From: Dehalococcoidia bacterium
GTDB lineage: Bacteria; Chloroflexota; Dehalococcoidia; Tepidiformales; Tepidiformaceae
DNA: 64,000 nucleotides
Assembly (NCBI GenBank): GCA_003104995.1
Contig: PQAO01000027.1
Coordinates: 100,799 to 164,798 of the forward strand
Direction: 5' to 3'
Position numbers and translations under genes: made by a program. The notes under the pieces were generated by a model that saw only the letters and a program-made list of their open reading frames with translations, ran no database searches and was not told the DNA's origin. Shown piece after piece: positions 1 to 10,596 of this stretch. Positions within the stretch are counted from its first letter, which is position 1; each line of letters starts with the position of its first letter.

Positions 1-123
1 CGGCAAGGCGTGTTCCTTCGATGGTGGCGGCCCGCCGCGCTTAGCACTCTTGACATGAGAGTGCCAAGCCAACCACCATGGAAACCATTCAGCCGAGTCG
101 CGGCGGCTGTTCGAGGTGACTCT

Positions 124-423
124 TTGCCCACGTATGAGTACCACTGCCCGAGCTGCAATGCCACCTATGACCTCCGCCAGGGTTTCGACGCGGAAACCAC
201 CCACCCGTGCGAGGAGTGCGGCAAAGGCCCGGCGAAGCGGGTGCTTCACGCTCCCCCGGTGGTCTTCAAAGGTAGCGGCTGGTATGTGACCGACAGCCGG
301 AACAAGACCACAGCCGTCAGCGACACGAGCACCGATTCTTCGGCGGCCGCCAGCCCCGCTGAATCAGCTCCCGCGCCAGCGCCCTCGCCGGCGCCGTCTT
401 CGGAGACGCCCGCAGCTTCGTGA
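124..423 (+). CDS. FmdB-family zinc-ribbon protein (CxxC...CxxC) with Ser/Ala/Pro-rich tail
   Basis: Translation from the TTG at 124 gives (M)PTYEYHCPSCNATYDLRQGFDAETTHPCEECG. This is the typical N-terminus and double CxxC spacing of the FmdB/CxxC_CxxC_SSSS family. The ATG at 10 in the ORF track only adds a non-conserved extension. Confidence 0.7.
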   Translation: MPTYEYHCPSCNATYDLRQGFDAETTHPCEECGKGPAKRVLHAPPVVFKGSGWYVTDSRNKTTAVSDTSTDSSAAASPAESAPAPAPSPAPSSETPAAS

Positions 424-491
424 CCTGCTTCACAATGCCGTCGTAATCTGAAGACTGTTCGGGAGCCTCTCGCGAGCCTATACTCCCGTCC

Positions 492-1106
492 ATGGTTCGC
501 CCCGCACAGCCTCGCCGGGCAGCCGGCCGAGCGGAGGTCTCGAACGGAACTCGGCAGCGTATTCTCCATGCCGCTCGCGAGCTCTTCGCCAGGCACGGCT
601 ACGCTGGCACCTCGGTCCGCATGATCGCCCGTCACTGTGGCATGTCCGATCCGGCAATCCACTATCATTTCCGGTCGAAGTCCGATATCTACGAGGCGCT
701 CCTGGTGGAACCGGAGTACGGCAGCCCCGTACCCCAGGGCGCGGCCGCCCGCCAGGGCATCGCCGAGTTTATGGAGCAGCGGTTCTGGTGGTGGGCAGGA
801 GACGCGGAGCTCATCCGCCTGCTCCTGAGGGAGCAACTACGCGGCAGGCCGGACAGCATCAACTACCTGTTGGGTGCTGAGCAGCGGTACCGCGCGGAAC
901 TTGCGCAGGTTGCGCAGGCCGTCTACGGCGAGGGAGCCGGAACAATCGCGGACCTGGCGTGGTATCTCCTCGCCGGCGCACTCTGGGATGTCGTCGTGGC
1001 TTATGGTTCTGGAGCTCAAGACATCATTGAACAGGACTATTTCCGGATGCGTGTCCGGCACCTCATCAACACGGCACTGGATGCCGTGGACCCGTTACAG
1101 CCGTGA
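492..1106 (+). CDS. TetR/AcrR family transcriptional regulator
   Basis: The N-terminal HTH RQRILHAARELFARHGYAGTSVRMIARHCGMSDPAIHYHFRSKSDIY is a textbook TetR DNA-binding domain. Confidence 0.85.
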   Translation: MVRPAQPRRAAGRAEVSNGTRQRILHAARELFARHGYAGTSVRMIARHCGMSDPAIHYHFRSKSDIYEALLVEPEYGSPVPQGAAARQGIAEFMEQRFWWWAGDAELIRLLLREQLRGRPDSINYLLGAEQRYRAELAQVAQAVYGEGAGTIADLAWYLLAGALWDVVVAYGSGAQDIIEQDYFRMRVRHLINTALDAVDPLQP

Positions 1107-1738
1107 AACACCAGCCCGCGCCCAGGGGTTCTTGCGCTGGGCCCACGAACCGGGGCCGCGACGAGACGCGTGCCCGCATCCTGCAGGCGGCCCTGGAACT
1201 CTTCGCCCGAGACGGTTTCGACGATACGACCGTGAGGGCGATCGCTGCCCGCGTTGGGCTCACTGACGCGGCGATCTTCTACTACTTCCCGAGCAAGCGG
1301 CATGTATTGGATGCGTTGTGGCGGATTCCTTCTGGCCGCAACATCCGGGCGCTGGTTCCCTCGGGGGTGATGACCGAAGAGCGCGTTCGGGAACTCACGG
1401 ACGAGACGTTGGACTTCATCGCAGACAACCACGAGGTGATGCGGCTGATGACCTCCGAGGCGCTGGCCGGCGATAGGACGGCCTCTGCGCTGCAACAGGA
1501 GTCGCGGGCGGTTTGGCGGCGGACGATCCACGCACACTTCACGGCCGCTTTCGGCGAGGACATCGCTGACAGCGCCACTGACGCACTTCACTCGCTCATG
1601 CATGGCTGTACCATGCTGGCCATGATGGAGCACGGCGAGCGAATGGGTGAGGTCTGTCGCGACCCGGCGTTCCGCGAGCAGATCTTCAAACGGGCCCGGC
1701 TCGTGGTTCCACTCAGCCCCCTCGATCCCGCCCCCTGA
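1103..1738 (+). CDS. TetR/AcrR family transcriptional regulator (second, tandem copy)
   Basis: Contains the HTH TRARILQAALELFARDGFDDTTVRAIAARVGLTDAAIFYYFPSKRHV. Its GTG start overlaps the upstream stop (GTGA at 1103-1106). Confidence 0.85.
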   Translation: MKHQPAPRGSCAGPTNRGRDETRARILQAALELFARDGFDDTTVRAIAARVGLTDAAIFYYFPSKRHVLDALWRIPSGRNIRALVPSGVMTEERVRELTDETLDFIADNHEVMRLMTSEALAGDRTASALQQESRAVWRRTIHAHFTAAFGEDIADSATDALHSLMHGCTMLAMMEHGERMGEVCRDPAFREQIFKRARLVVPLSPLDPAP

Positions 1739-2202
1739 TGCGTGTCGTGGTCCAGCGGGTCGTCTCCGCATCGGTCAGTGTCGCGGGTGAGGACGTAGCT
1801 GCGATTGGGGCCGGGCTCCTCGTGCTCGCAGGTGTGGGAATCGATGACACGGCCGCATCTGTAGACCGCATGGCCGAGAAGGTCGCCGGGTTACGAATCT
1901 TCGCCGACCAGGCCGGCCGGATGAACGTGGGGCCGCTGGATGCCGGGGCGGAGGTGCTGTGCATCAGCCAGTTCACGCTGTATGGGGATGTGCGCCGTGG
2001 AAAGCGCCCCTCGTTCGACCGGGCTGCGCCGGGCCCGGCCGCGCAGCCCCTGTATGAGCGGTTCTGCGAGACGGTCGAGCGTGCCGGTCTGCACTGCGCG
2101 CGCGGCGTCTTCGGCGCCGAAATGCTCGTGAGCCTGGTAAACGATGGCCCGGTGACGCTGGTCATCGACTCTGAGGATCTCGAGCAGCCGCGGCGGGCTT
2201 GA
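1738..2202 (+). CDS. dtd: D-aminoacyl-tRNA deacylase
   Basis: MRVVVQRVxxASVxV...ISQFTLYGD...RPSF is the conserved Dtd signature and the length is about 150 aa. The ATG overlaps the upstream stop (TGATG). Confidence 0.9.
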   Translation: MRVVVQRVVSASVSVAGEDVAAIGAGLLVLAGVGIDDTAASVDRMAEKVAGLRIFADQAGRMNVGPLDAGAEVLCISQFTLYGDVRRGKRPSFDRAAPGPAAQPLYERFCETVERAGLHCARGVFGAEMLVSLVNDGPVTLVIDSEDLEQPRRA

Positions 2203-2258
2203 CCGCAACCGTGGACGGGCCGCAACGTTCATCCACACCCCGCACCTGGAGCCCGCCC

Positions 2259-3959
2259 ATGCGCATGAGCAAGCTGATGCTGAAGACGCTCCGCGAACCC
2301 CCGTCGGAGGCGGAGCTCGCGAGCCACAAGCTTCTGCTCCGCGCCGGGCTCGTCACGCCGTTTGCCGCCGGACTGTACTCGTTCACGCCGGTCGGCTGGC
2401 GCGTTCTGCGCCGGATAGAGGCGATTATCCGCGAGGAGATGGACCTGAGCGGCGCGCAAGAAGTCCACCTCCCGGCCCTCAACCCGATCGAGATGTGGGA
2501 GCAGACGGGACGGGCCGAGGCAATGGGGCAGACGCTGTTCCGGCTCGCCGACCGCAAGGAACGCGGCTTCGTCCTTGGCCCCACGCACGAAGAGGGGATG
2601 AGTCTGCTCGCCTCGCGGCACATCCAGAGCTACCGGGATTTGCCAGCCACGCTCTACCAGATCCAGACCAAGTTCCGTGACGAGCCGCGGCCGCGGGGTG
2701 GCCTGGTCCGCCTCCGCGAGTTCACCATGAAGGACGCCTACAGCTTCGATACGGGCTGGGACACGCTCGATGCCAGCTACGATGCGGCCTTCGAGGCGTA
2801 CGTCCGCATCTTCCGGCGTGCCGGCGTCCCGGTGATTCCGGTTGCAGCAGATTCCGGAGCCATCGGCGGAAAGGACAGCCAGGAGTTCGTGTTCCTGACC
2901 GATGACGGTGAGGACGAAGTGCTGCTCTGTCCAGGCTGCGGATACGCGGCAAACGCCGAGAAGGCAGAGTTCACGCCGCCGCCGGCCATTGCCGGCGAGC
3001 TGTTGCCGGTGGAGCGTGTGCATACGCCCGGCCAGCGGACCATCGCGGATCTCGCCCGCTTCCTCGGCGTCGAGGAGCGCCAGACCGTCAAAGCGGTCTT
3101 CTACAAGGTCGATGGCAAGCCGGTCTTCGTTGCCATTCGGGGAGACCTCGATGTGAACGAAGTGAAACTGAAGAACGCGCTCAAGGCGAAGGACGCCGAA
3201 CCTATGGACGAGGCGATGGTCCGCGCCCTTGGGCTGGTCGCCGGGTCAGCGTCGGCGGTTGGGCTCAAAGGCATGCCGATCGTCGCCGACCCGAGCGCGG
3301 TCGAAGCGCCCAACCTGGTAGCCGGGGCGAATGAGGCGGACTACCACCTGGTGAACACGAACCACGGGCGCGACTGGACCGCTGACGTGGTCGCTGAAAT
3401 CGCCCTGGCCCGCCGCGGAGACGCCTGCGCCACGTGCGGGACGGCGCTTGATGTCCGCCGGGGGATGGAGATGGGCCACGTCTTCAAGCTGGGCACGATC
3501 TATTCCGAGGCGATCGGCGTGCACTACCTGGACGAGTCGGGAGAGCGGAAGCCGTGCGTGATGGGCTGCTACGGGATCGGTGTCGAACGAATGCTCGCGG
3601 CCGTCATCGAGGCGAACCATGACGACAACGGTATTACCTGGCCGCCCGAGGTCAGCCCATATGACGTGCACGTCGTGGCGCTCAACCTGGACCAGCCAGC
3701 CGTTATCGAGGCACTCGGGCAGCTGGAGCAGCGGCTCGGAGAGGAGAGGCTCTCGCTCCTCATCGACGACCGGGATGACTCGGCAGGGATCAAGTTCAAG
3801 GACGCCGATCTGCTGGGCATGCCGGTGCGAATCACGGTCAGCCCGCGCGCGCTGGAAAAGGGCGGCGTGGAGTTGCGTGACCGGCGCTCGGGCGAAACGC
3901 GTGTGGTAGCGCTGGATGCTGTTGCTGGCGAGGCGCGCACCATTCTCGCGCGGGCCTGA
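2259..3959 (+). CDS. proS: Proline--tRNA ligase (bacterial type with INS editing domain)
   Basis: The N-terminus [31 protein letters not shown] aligns with the canonical ProS start. Class II motifs are present ([21 protein letters not shown]). The start was moved from 2199 to the conserved Met at 2259. Confidence 0.93.
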   Translation: MRMSKLMLKTLREPPSEAELASHKLLLRAGLVTPFAAGLYSFTPVGWRVLRRIEAIIREEMDLSGAQEVHLPALNPIEMWEQTGRAEAMGQTLFRLADRKERGFVLGPTHEEGMSLLASRHIQSYRDLPATLYQIQTKFRDEPRPRGGLVRLREFTMKDAYSFDTGWDTLDASYDAAFEAYVRIFRRAGVPVIPVAADSGAIGGKDSQEFVFLTDDGEDEVLLCPGCGYAANAEKAEFTPPPAIAGELLPVERVHTPGQRTIADLARFLGVEERQTVKAVFYKVDGKPVFVAIRGDLDVNEVKLKNALKAKDAEPMDEAMVRALGLVAGSASAVGLKGMPIVADPSAVEAPNLVAGANEADYHLVNTNHGRDWTADVVAEIALARRGDACATCGTALDVRRGMEMGHVFKLGTIYSEAIGVHYLDESGERKPCVMGCYGIGVERMLAAVIEANHDDNGITWPPEVSPYDVHVVALNLDQPAVIEALGQLEQRLGEERLSLLIDDRDDSAGIKFKDADLLGMPVRITVSPRALEKGGVELRDRRSGETRVVALDAVAGEARTILARA

Positions 3960-4036
3960 GCCCGCACGACGCGGCCACGTATACTGGAATCACCTTCGCG
4001 CCCCACGGGCGCGCCATGCCCCTTCCGGAGGTTTCG

Positions 4037-5743
4037 ATGTCTGACCGGAATGCAACCCAGCCGAGCCTCTTCTCGCCCGAAGCCCTGGCGACGCTCTCCC
4101 GTGCCGTGCACGCCTGGGAGGAGGGCCCACTCGCGAAGGCGCTCCAGCGCCAGCCCGAGCGCGACGAGGCGTTCGCGACCAGTTCCCAGCCGGTGGAAAG
4201 GCTGTACACCCCGCTCGATATCGGCGGGTTTGACTACCTGCGCGACCTGGGCTTCCCGGGGGAGTACCCGTTTACACGCGGCGTCCAGCCCACGATGTAC
4301 CGCGGACGCCACTGGACCATGCGGCAGTACGCCGGCTTCGGCACGGCTGAGGAATCGAACCAGAAGTTCCGTTACCTGCTGAGCCAGGGCCAGACCGGGC
4401 TATCCGTCGCCTTCGACTTGCCCAGCCAGCTCGGCTACGACTCAGACGACCCGATGGCGATTGCCGAGGTTGGCCAGGTCGGCGTCGCGATCGACTCGCT
4501 CTACGACATGGAGACGCTCTTCGATGGCATCCCCATGGACAAGGTGTCGACGAGCATGACGATCAACGCCCCGGCGGCGGTGATGCTCGCGATGTACGTC
4601 GTGGCTGGCGAGAAGCAGGGAGTGAGCCCGGAAAAGCTTAACGGCACCGTCCAGAACGACGTGCTGAAGGAGTACGTCGCACGCGGCACGTACATCTTCC
4701 CGCCGTCGCCGAGCGTGCGGCTTGCGGCGGATATCATGGCGTACTGCGCCAGGAACGTGCCGCAGTGGAACACCATCAGCGTCAGCGGCTACCACATCCG
4801 TGATGCCGGGGCGACCGCCGCGCAGGAGATCGGGTTTTCGTTCGCCAATGCCCGCGCCTACATGGATGCGGCGCTCGAGCGGGGACTCGCGGTGGACGAG
4901 TTTGCCCCGCGCATCAGCTGGATCTTCAACACCCACAACAACTTCTTCGAGGAGATCGCGAAGTATCGGGCGTTGCGTCGGCTCTGGGCGCGCCTGCTGA
5001 AAGAGCAGTACGGGGCGCAGGACGCTCGATCCATGATGCTGCGGACTCACACCCAGACCGGCGGGAGCACGCTGGTGGCCCAGCAGCCCGAAAACAATAT
5101 CGTGCGGGCGAGCATTCAGTCGCTCGCGGCTGTCATCGGCGGCGTGCAGAGCATCGCCCTGAGCTGCTTCGACGAGGCCCTGGCGCTGCCGACCGATGAA
5201 GCGCAGCGAATCGCCCTCCGCACGCAGCAGATCATCGCCCACGAGACGGGCGTGGCCGATACGGTCGATCCGCTGGCCGGCAGCTACTTCGTCGAACACC
5301 TGACGAATGAACTGGAACACCAGGCCAAGGAATACATGGACGAGATTGCGAAGATGGGCGGCTCAGTGGCTGCCATCGAGTCGGGCTGGATGCAGAACCA
5401 GATCGCCGAAGCCAGCTGGCGGTTCCAGCGCGATGTGGATGAAAAGCGCGAGATCGTGGTCGGCGTCAACGAGTACCAGGACGGCGGCGAACAGCGGCCA
5501 TCGATCTTCTCGGTCGATAAGCGGCTGGTTGAGCACCAGCTGAAGCGCCTGGAGCATCATCGGCGGGAGCGCGATGCCGCGCGCGTGGAAGCTGCCCTGG
5601 CTGCGCTCAAGGCGGCCTGCCACGGCACTGCAAACCTCATGCCGCCGATCATCGAGTGCGTCCGCGCCTACGCTACGCTCGGCGAGATCTGCGGGGCGAT
5701 GCGCGAGGTGTTTGGCGAATACCGCGCGCCGACCGTCATCTAG
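4037..5743 (+). CDS. Methylmalonyl-CoA mutase family protein, catalytic (substrate-binding) TIM-barrel subunit only
   Basis: Contains [61 protein letters not shown], typical of acyl-CoA mutase large subunits. GGAGG lies 7 nt before the ATG at 4037. No B12-binding domain is present in this ORF. Confidence 0.9.
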   Translation: MSDRNATQPSLFSPEALATLSRAVHAWEEGPLAKALQRQPERDEAFATSSQPVERLYTPLDIGGFDYLRDLGFPGEYPFTRGVQPTMYRGRHWTMRQYAGFGTAEESNQKFRYLLSQGQTGLSVAFDLPSQLGYDSDDPMAIAEVGQVGVAIDSLYDMETLFDGIPMDKVSTSMTINAPAAVMLAMYVVAGEKQGVSPEKLNGTVQNDVLKEYVARGTYIFPPSPSVRLAADIMAYCARNVPQWNTISVSGYHIRDAGATAAQEIGFSFANARAYMDAALERGLAVDEFAPRISWIFNTHNNFFEEIAKYRALRRLWARLLKEQYGAQDARSMMLRTHTQTGGSTLVAQQPENNIVRASIQSLAAVIGGVQSIALSCFDEALALPTDEAQRIALRTQQIIAHETGVADTVDPLAGSYFVEHLTNELEHQAKEYMDEIAKMGGSVAAIESGWMQNQIAEASWRFQRDVDEKREIVVGVNEYQDGGEQRPSIFSVDKRLVEHQLKRLEHHRRERDAARVEAALAALKAACHGTANLMPPIIECVRAYATLGEICGAMREVFGEYRAPTVI

Positions 5744-5935
5744 CGGAAGCTCGCGCCAGCTGGCGCCAGCTCGTCCGCCATGGCCCCGGTCCTATTTCGG
5801 GAGGCAGCGTTGAACATTCGGCGACTTCGGCTTGTTCTCCGGCCCTGGCTCTTGCCCGCGAAACCCGCCGTGAACGCCGTGCGCCGGTGGCGGCGCAGGG
5901 TGGTCTACATCCGCGATGGCATCGAGGGGATAGCC

Positions 5936-6400
5936 ATGGAGCTCCGGCGGACCATCGATTGCGCCCCGCTGCTGCGAGAGTACGGCGCGATTGTCGGCGA
6001 ACGCGCGACCATTTACGGTCCCCTGCACGTCATGAATGCGGCCGGGGACTTCTCGAACCTGACCATCGGGCACGACGTTTACATCGGCACCGACGTGCTG
6101 ATCGACCTGGCGGACCGTGTCACTATCGGCGATTATGTCTCGCTAGGGATGCGCTCCAACTTGATCACCAGCTTCGATGTTGGTGCCGGCCCCCTGAAGG
6201 AGCGTCGCCCGCGGAAGCAGGGCCCCATCGTGATCGGCGCGGCGACATATGTTGGCACCAACGTCACGGTGCTCCACGGTGTCACGATCGGCGAGCAGGC
6301 GACCGTCGGCGCACATTGCCTCATCCGGAAGGATGTTGCGCCAGGCGCGACCATGGTCTCGGAACAGGCGCGGGAGTTCGAGGCGGGCGGCAAGGCCTAA
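5936..6400 (+). CDS. Hexapeptide-repeat (left-handed beta-helix) acyltransferase
   Basis: Shows the imperfect hexapeptide periodicity typical of LbH acetyltransferases (IGHDVYIGTDVLI, IGDYVSLGMRSNL, IGAATYVGTNVTVLHGVTIGEQATVGAHCLI). The ATG at 5936 is preceded by GAGGGGA. The upstream part of the track ORF is Arg-rich and probably not coding. Confidence 0.7.
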   Translation: MELRRTIDCAPLLREYGAIVGERATIYGPLHVMNAAGDFSNLTIGHDVYIGTDVLIDLADRVTIGDYVSLGMRSNLITSFDVGAGPLKERRPRKQGPIVIGAATYVGTNVTVLHGVTIGEQATVGAHCLIRKDVAPGATMVSEQAREFEAGGKA

Positions 6401-6852
6401 CGGCGGCCCCGTAACATGTCTTCGAATGCCGAAATGACGGCGCGGGCCGTTTCGCGCGTCTCGGCGCGGCCCAGGAGCAGCAGCGAGAGTGCTTCGACGG
6501 CGTCGGCAAGCTCCGGATCGGACGCCCGTAGTGCCTCGTGAGCTGCTTCCGGCGAGGGCGTGGCGCCCCAGTGGGGCCGCACCGCCTCGGTGACCAGCGC
6601 TCCACCAAGCACTTCCACGCGGCGGTCGGCGGGGATGCCGGCTGCATCGAGGATGCCACAGACCAGCGCGCTCAACTGATCGACGGATGCGTCCGGCGAG
6701 CCGGTGAGCATTTTGGCGAGCGCTCCCACGCGTGCCTGTCCATGGCGAGTCGATTGTTCCATGGCTGCCCCGAAAGTCGTTCCAGCGTTCATCCTATCAC
6801 CAACCGAGCAACGGATATAGTCCTTTAGCAATTGCCTGCCGAACTGGTTCAA
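6397..6852 (-). CDS. Hypothetical protein downstream of ligD
   Basis: An open frame directly 3' of ligD on the same strand, with no motif I recognise. The start is uncertain: in-frame Met codons lie at 6852, 6792 and 6762. Confidence 0.4.
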   Translation of the reverse strand: MNQFGRQLLKDYIRCSVGDRMNAGTTFGAAMEQSTRHGQARVGALAKMLTGSPDASVDQLSALVCGILDAAGIPADRRVEVLGGALVTEAVRPHWGATPSPEAAHEALRASDPELADAVEALSLLLLGRAETRETARAVISAFEDMLRGRR

Positions 6853-6894
6853 TAACGGGATGGTAACGCCCGATCGCGACAGATCGTGTCGCGA

Positions 6895-9588
6895 TCAGAG
6901 CCCCAGAAGCGCGTGCAGATCCTGCTTCGCGTCGAAAATCCCCTGCCAGGCGTCCCCCTGCTGGCGCAGCATCCCGGGGACGGTGTCCACCGTGAACTGC
7001 AGCGGGCTGCTTGCAGCCACCTCCGGCCAGGGCAGTGGCATCGAGACCGGAGCGCCCGGCTTGGCGCGCGGCGAGTAGGCAACGGCGAGATTCTTGTGGC
7101 GGGCGTTCTGGTTGGCATCCAGGAAGACCTTCCCCGTTCGCCGGCCGGTCGACCACTCCATGGTGACGTCCTTCGGGCGGCGGGAGAGCAATTCGAGGCA
7201 GATCGTGTTCGCCGCCGCACGGACGATGCTGAAATCGAACTGGCGCACGAGCGGCACGTAGATATGGAGGCCTGTCGCGCCCGAGGTCTTGATGAACGCG
7301 GTAAGTCCGAGCGAGTCCAGGATCTCCTTGAGATGGAGGGCAACATCGGCCGTTCGCGCGAAGGCTGGCTCATTCGGTTGGGGTTCGTCGCCTGGTCGTT
7401 CCGTTCCGGCGTAGATGTATGGGTCCAGGTCAAAGAGCATGAAATCGGGGTAATTGAGCACCGACTGTTCGAGCCGCTCCGTCGACCCGGCAAACGTCAC
7501 GGGCAGCCCGGCGCCATCAGGGCCGGCGACAACCCGCGCGAGCGTTGCATGCCACTCGATATCAGCAACCTGGCAGAGCCACAGCAGCGTCGGAAGGTTG
7601 TTGCAGAGGAGTGCCTGCTGGTCCTTTGCCTCTCCGTCCGAGAACATCTCCACGGTTTTCACGAACGGCGGGAGGTCGGACTCCCAGTGCTTCTGGTAGA
7701 ACTTCGGTCCCGCGATGCCGTCAGGGAAGCGGAGAAGTGTGAGCGGACGGTCGGCGATGTGTTGCCGGACAAATGGAAAAACCTCCGCGGCGTAGCGGAG
7801 GAGGTCGCGCTTGGTGTGGGCCGGCCCCGAATCCGATGCAGGCCAGAGGACCTTGTCCAGGTTAGTGACCGGGATGCTCCACCCTGGACCTTCGATGGCC
7901 CCCCGTTGCTTGAGTCGCTCGATCTGGGCGACCACGCCAGCTTCGTCCGGTGTGGATCTGCCGGATTCCGGGCGGATCAAGACAACGTTCCCGGCGTCGT
8001 CGACGAGTCCCTTGAACACCGGGGCGCGGAGCACTCCCGCGGATGTCCGGTTCGCGTACTCGACCATCACCCTCAGGCGCGCCTCAACCCAGCGGGCGGA
8101 GCGGTCGTCCGGTGTGGCTTCCGAGAACGGCGACTCCGTGCGTGCGATGCGATCAAGCCGGCCCCTGATGGCCGCGACATCGGCATCGGTGAAGCCTCCG
8201 CCCACTTTGCCCCGGTACTTGAGCGCACTGTCGGCCAGCTCGCCGATGACGAGGCCACCGAAGCTTTCCGCCCGGTGCCCCGTCCCTGCGGTCCAGCCTC
8301 CGACCACGAAGATGTCGCGGTCGAGCGCCTTGCGTTTCAACCAGGCGGTGCTGCGCTTGCCAGCCTCGTAGCGGCTGTCCTCGCGCTTGGCGATGATGCC
8401 CTCGAACCCCGCGGCGACGGCTGCTTCGAACGCATCATCCTCCGAGGCCGGTATCGTGGTTACCTGCGAAAGCCGGGCGGTGGGCAACACCAGGCGTGCC
8501 AGGACCTCCCGCCGGTCCGCGAGGGGCACCCGCTCCAGGTTGTAGCCGTCCAGGTGGACGACGTCGAAGACGAAAAATACCACCGGGATGTCTCGCTCCA
8601 CGGCCGCGATGGCCGCCGGGTCCTGGAGGTTCATCCGTTGCTGGAGCAGCTCAAACGACGGCCTCCCTTCCGGGTCGATGGCGACGATCTCCCCATCCAG
8701 GGCTGTTGCCGCTGCCGGTTGCTGGCGGAGGGCAGCAACGATGCCCGGATATGTTACGGTTATGTCGTGTCCACCGCGCGAACGAAGTTCCACACTCCCA
8801 CCGTCCAGGTAGGCGAGGGCGCGAATACCGTCGAGCTTCGGCTCGAACGAGTATCCGGAGTCCCCCGGGATCGGGGCTGCGGTTGCGAGCATAGGTTCGA
8901 TGCGAGCGAGTGGGGCGGGTTTCGCCCCTGGCAGATCCGCCGGGCTGAACGACCAATCTTTGCCCGCCGCGGAAGTCGCTGCTCCCGCGGCACGAAGGGC
9001 GTCAAGCGTGTTGCCCGACGCCACCGAATGCTCGTCGTCGAGCAGGCCATCCGTCTCCCGTGCCGCGGCGTCGCGATGCTTCAGCATCAGCCACTGGCTG
9101 CCGTCGTCCTTCGTGCGGACCAGCGCCCAGGAGCCTTTGAGCTTCTTCCCGCGGAACGTGATCGAGATCTTCCCGGCAGCGATCTCGCGCCGAAGCTGGG
9201 CCTCGGCTCCAGCGCGGTCATCCCAGTAGGCGCGGCCCTTATCGTCCGGCGAGAACGTGCCGGCGTCCCAGATGAGGCTCGGGCCCGCGCCATACTCGCC
9301 CTTTGGGACGACGCCTTCGAACCCGGTGTACGCAAGCGGATGGTCTTCGGTGCGGGCCGCGAAACGTCGCTCGGCGGGATCCGTAGACGGGCCCTTTGGC
9401 AAGGCCCAGCACTTCAAGACGCCGTCGAGCTCCAGGCGGATGTCGTAGTGGAGCCGGGAGGCAGCGTGCTTGTGCACGACAAAACGCAGCGGGCCCGTAG
9501 CGGCAGGAGGAGCCTGGTCGCCACCTGGTTCTGGAGTGCGGCGAAAGTCGCGCTTCCGGCGGTACTCGTCCAGCCCGTCCGCAGGCAT
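6895..9588 (-). CDS. ligD: Multidomain ATP-dependent DNA ligase D (phosphoesterase - ligase - polymerase/primase)
   Basis: The N-terminal 3'-phosphoesterase motif is RFVVHKHAASRLHYDIRLELDGVLKCWALPKGPS. The central adenylation motif is FEPKLDGIRAL. The C-terminal AEP primase-polymerase region contains PDFMLFDLDP. The gene lies 2 nt downstream of ku. Confidence 0.9.
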   Translation of the reverse strand: MPADGLDEYRRKRDFRRTPEPGGDQAPPAATGPLRFVVHKHAASRLHYDIRLELDGVLKCWALPKGPSTDPAERRFAARTEDHPLAYTGFEGVVPKGEYGAGPSLIWDAGTFSPDDKGRAYWDDRAGAEAQLRREIAAGKISITFRGKKLKGSWALVRTKDDGSQWLMLKHRDAAARETDGLLDDEHSVASGNTLDALRAAGAATSAAGKDWSFSPADLPGAKPAPLARIEPMLATAAPIPGDSGYSFEPKLDGIRALAYLDGGSVELRSRGGHDITVTYPGIVAALRQQPAAATALDGEIVAIDPEGRPSFELLQQRMNLQDPAAIAAVERDIPVVFFVFDVVHLDGYNLERVPLADRREVLARLVLPTARLSQVTTIPASEDDAFEAAVAAGFEGIIAKREDSRYEAGKRSTAWLKRKALDRDIFVVGGWTAGTGHRAESFGGLVIGELADSALKYRGKVGGGFTDADVAAIRGRLDRIARTESPFSEATPDDRSARWVEARLRVMVEYANRTSAGVLRAPVFKGLVDDAGNVVLIRPESGRSTPDEAGVVAQIERLKQRGAIEGPGWSIPVTNLDKVLWPASDSGPAHTKRDLLRYAAEVFPFVRQHIADRPLTLLRFPDGIAGPKFYQKHWESDLPPFVKTVEMFSDGEAKDQQALLCNNLPTLLWLCQVADIEWHATLARVVAGPDGAGLPVTFAGSTERLEQSVLNYPDFMLFDLDPYIYAGTERPGDEPQPNEPAFARTADVALHLKEILDSLGLTAFIKTSGATGLHIYVPLVRQFDFSIVRAAANTICLELLSRRPKDVTMEWSTGRRTGKVFLDANQNARHKNLAVAYSPRAKPGAPVSMPLPWPEVAASSPLQFTVDTVPGMLRQQGDAWQGIFDAKQDLHALLGL

Positions 9589-9590
9589 CG

Positions 9591-10436
9591 TCAGGATGCA
9601 ACGGGAGTCTTTTTCCGGCCGCGCGCGGGTGGCGCCGGTTCGGGCTCGGGTTCGGCCGCGGCGGCCTTCCGCTTCTTCGCAGCCTCAACACTGGCCTTGA
9701 GCGCCGCCATCAGGTCAACGGCAGGGCTCGGGGCGGCGGCCTCGGCGGGTGCTACATATTCGTGGCCCTCGAGCTTGGCCTCGATGATGGACATGAGCGC
9801 GTCGCGGTACTCGTCGCGGTAGGCAGCGGGGTCGAACGGTTCGTGCAGAAGGTCGATGAGCGCGTATGCGACCTTCATCTCGGCGCCGGAAACAGCGAGT
9901 TCCTGGGGCTCGGACTCTGGCTTGCGGATCTCGTCGGCAAAGTAGAGCGTCTCCAGGACGAGGCTGCCATCCTTGGGCCGGAGTGCGCAAAGGCGCTCCT
10001 TGGTGCGAATGGCGATCTTGGCCACCGCGCTGAGCTGCTTCTCCTCGAGAGCCTTCACGAGCAGGGCGAAGGGTTTTCGCCCCAGCTCTTCGGGTTCGAC
10101 GTAGTAGCTCTTCTCGTAGTAGATGGGGTCGATCTCGTGCGCATTGACGAACGCTGTGAGCGAAATGGTGTGCTTGCTGGGAATCGGCAGCTTTTCCAGG
10201 TCCGATTCGTCGATCAGGACGAAGCGATCTTTCCCGTACTCGTAGCCTCTCACGATCTCGTCGGGTTCGAGGTCCTTGCCGTCGGTGGAGCAGCGTTTGA
10301 CCAGCCGGATGGGGCTGTTGTCGGCGGCGTGCAATTGCCGGAACGTAATGTCCTGGCTCTCTGTGGCGGTGAAGAGGCGGACCGGGATGCTGACCATCCC
10401 AAAGCTGATGGTGCCTCGCCAGATAGCGCGTGCCAT
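9591..10436 (-). CDS. ku: Ku protein (non-homologous end joining)
   Basis: MARAIWRGTISFGMVSIPVRLFTATE is the canonical bacterial Ku N-terminus. The C-terminal tail is Lys/Ala-rich. The start was moved to the conserved Met at 10436. Confidence 0.9.
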   Translation of the reverse strand: MARAIWRGTISFGMVSIPVRLFTATESQDITFRQLHAADNSPIRLVKRCSTDGKDLEPDEIVRGYEYGKDRFVLIDESDLEKLPIPSKHTISLTAFVNAHEIDPIYYEKSYYVEPEELGRKPFALLVKALEEKQLSAVAKIAIRTKERLCALRPKDGSLVLETLYFADEIRKPESEPQELAVSGAEMKVAYALIDLLHEPFDPAAYRDEYRDALMSIIEAKLEGHEYVAPAEAAAPSPAVDLMAALKASVEAAKKRKAAAAEPEPEPAPPARGRKKTPVAS

Positions 10437-10596
10437 TGGGGCCTCCGTCGCGCGTGGGTGCGCGGCCCGGGGTGAGTCCGGGCTTGACAATATAGCAGAC
10501 TCAGCGTGAAGAGTATGGGCCACAGTGGCCCGGCATGCCCCAACACCGCCGGGGCCGCGGGTTGTGGTCTAATGCGGCCGAAAGGCAGGCCAGCCG

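Noticed and set aside
6886-9822. A 978-aa ORF on the + strand spanning ligD and ku.
   Set aside because: It is antisense to two genes with unmistakable Ku and LigD motifs. Its translation is the Arg/Gly/Ala/Pro-rich, motif-free sequence expected from stop-poor antisense frames in GC-rich DNA.
10484-10517. A consensus TTGACA in the AT-rich patch of the ku / selenoprotein divergent intergenic region, considered as a promoter.
   Set aside because: On the + strand there is no acceptable -10 at 16-19 nt spacing. The reverse-strand TATATT has no convincing -35. The patch probably contains a promoter, but I cannot define it.
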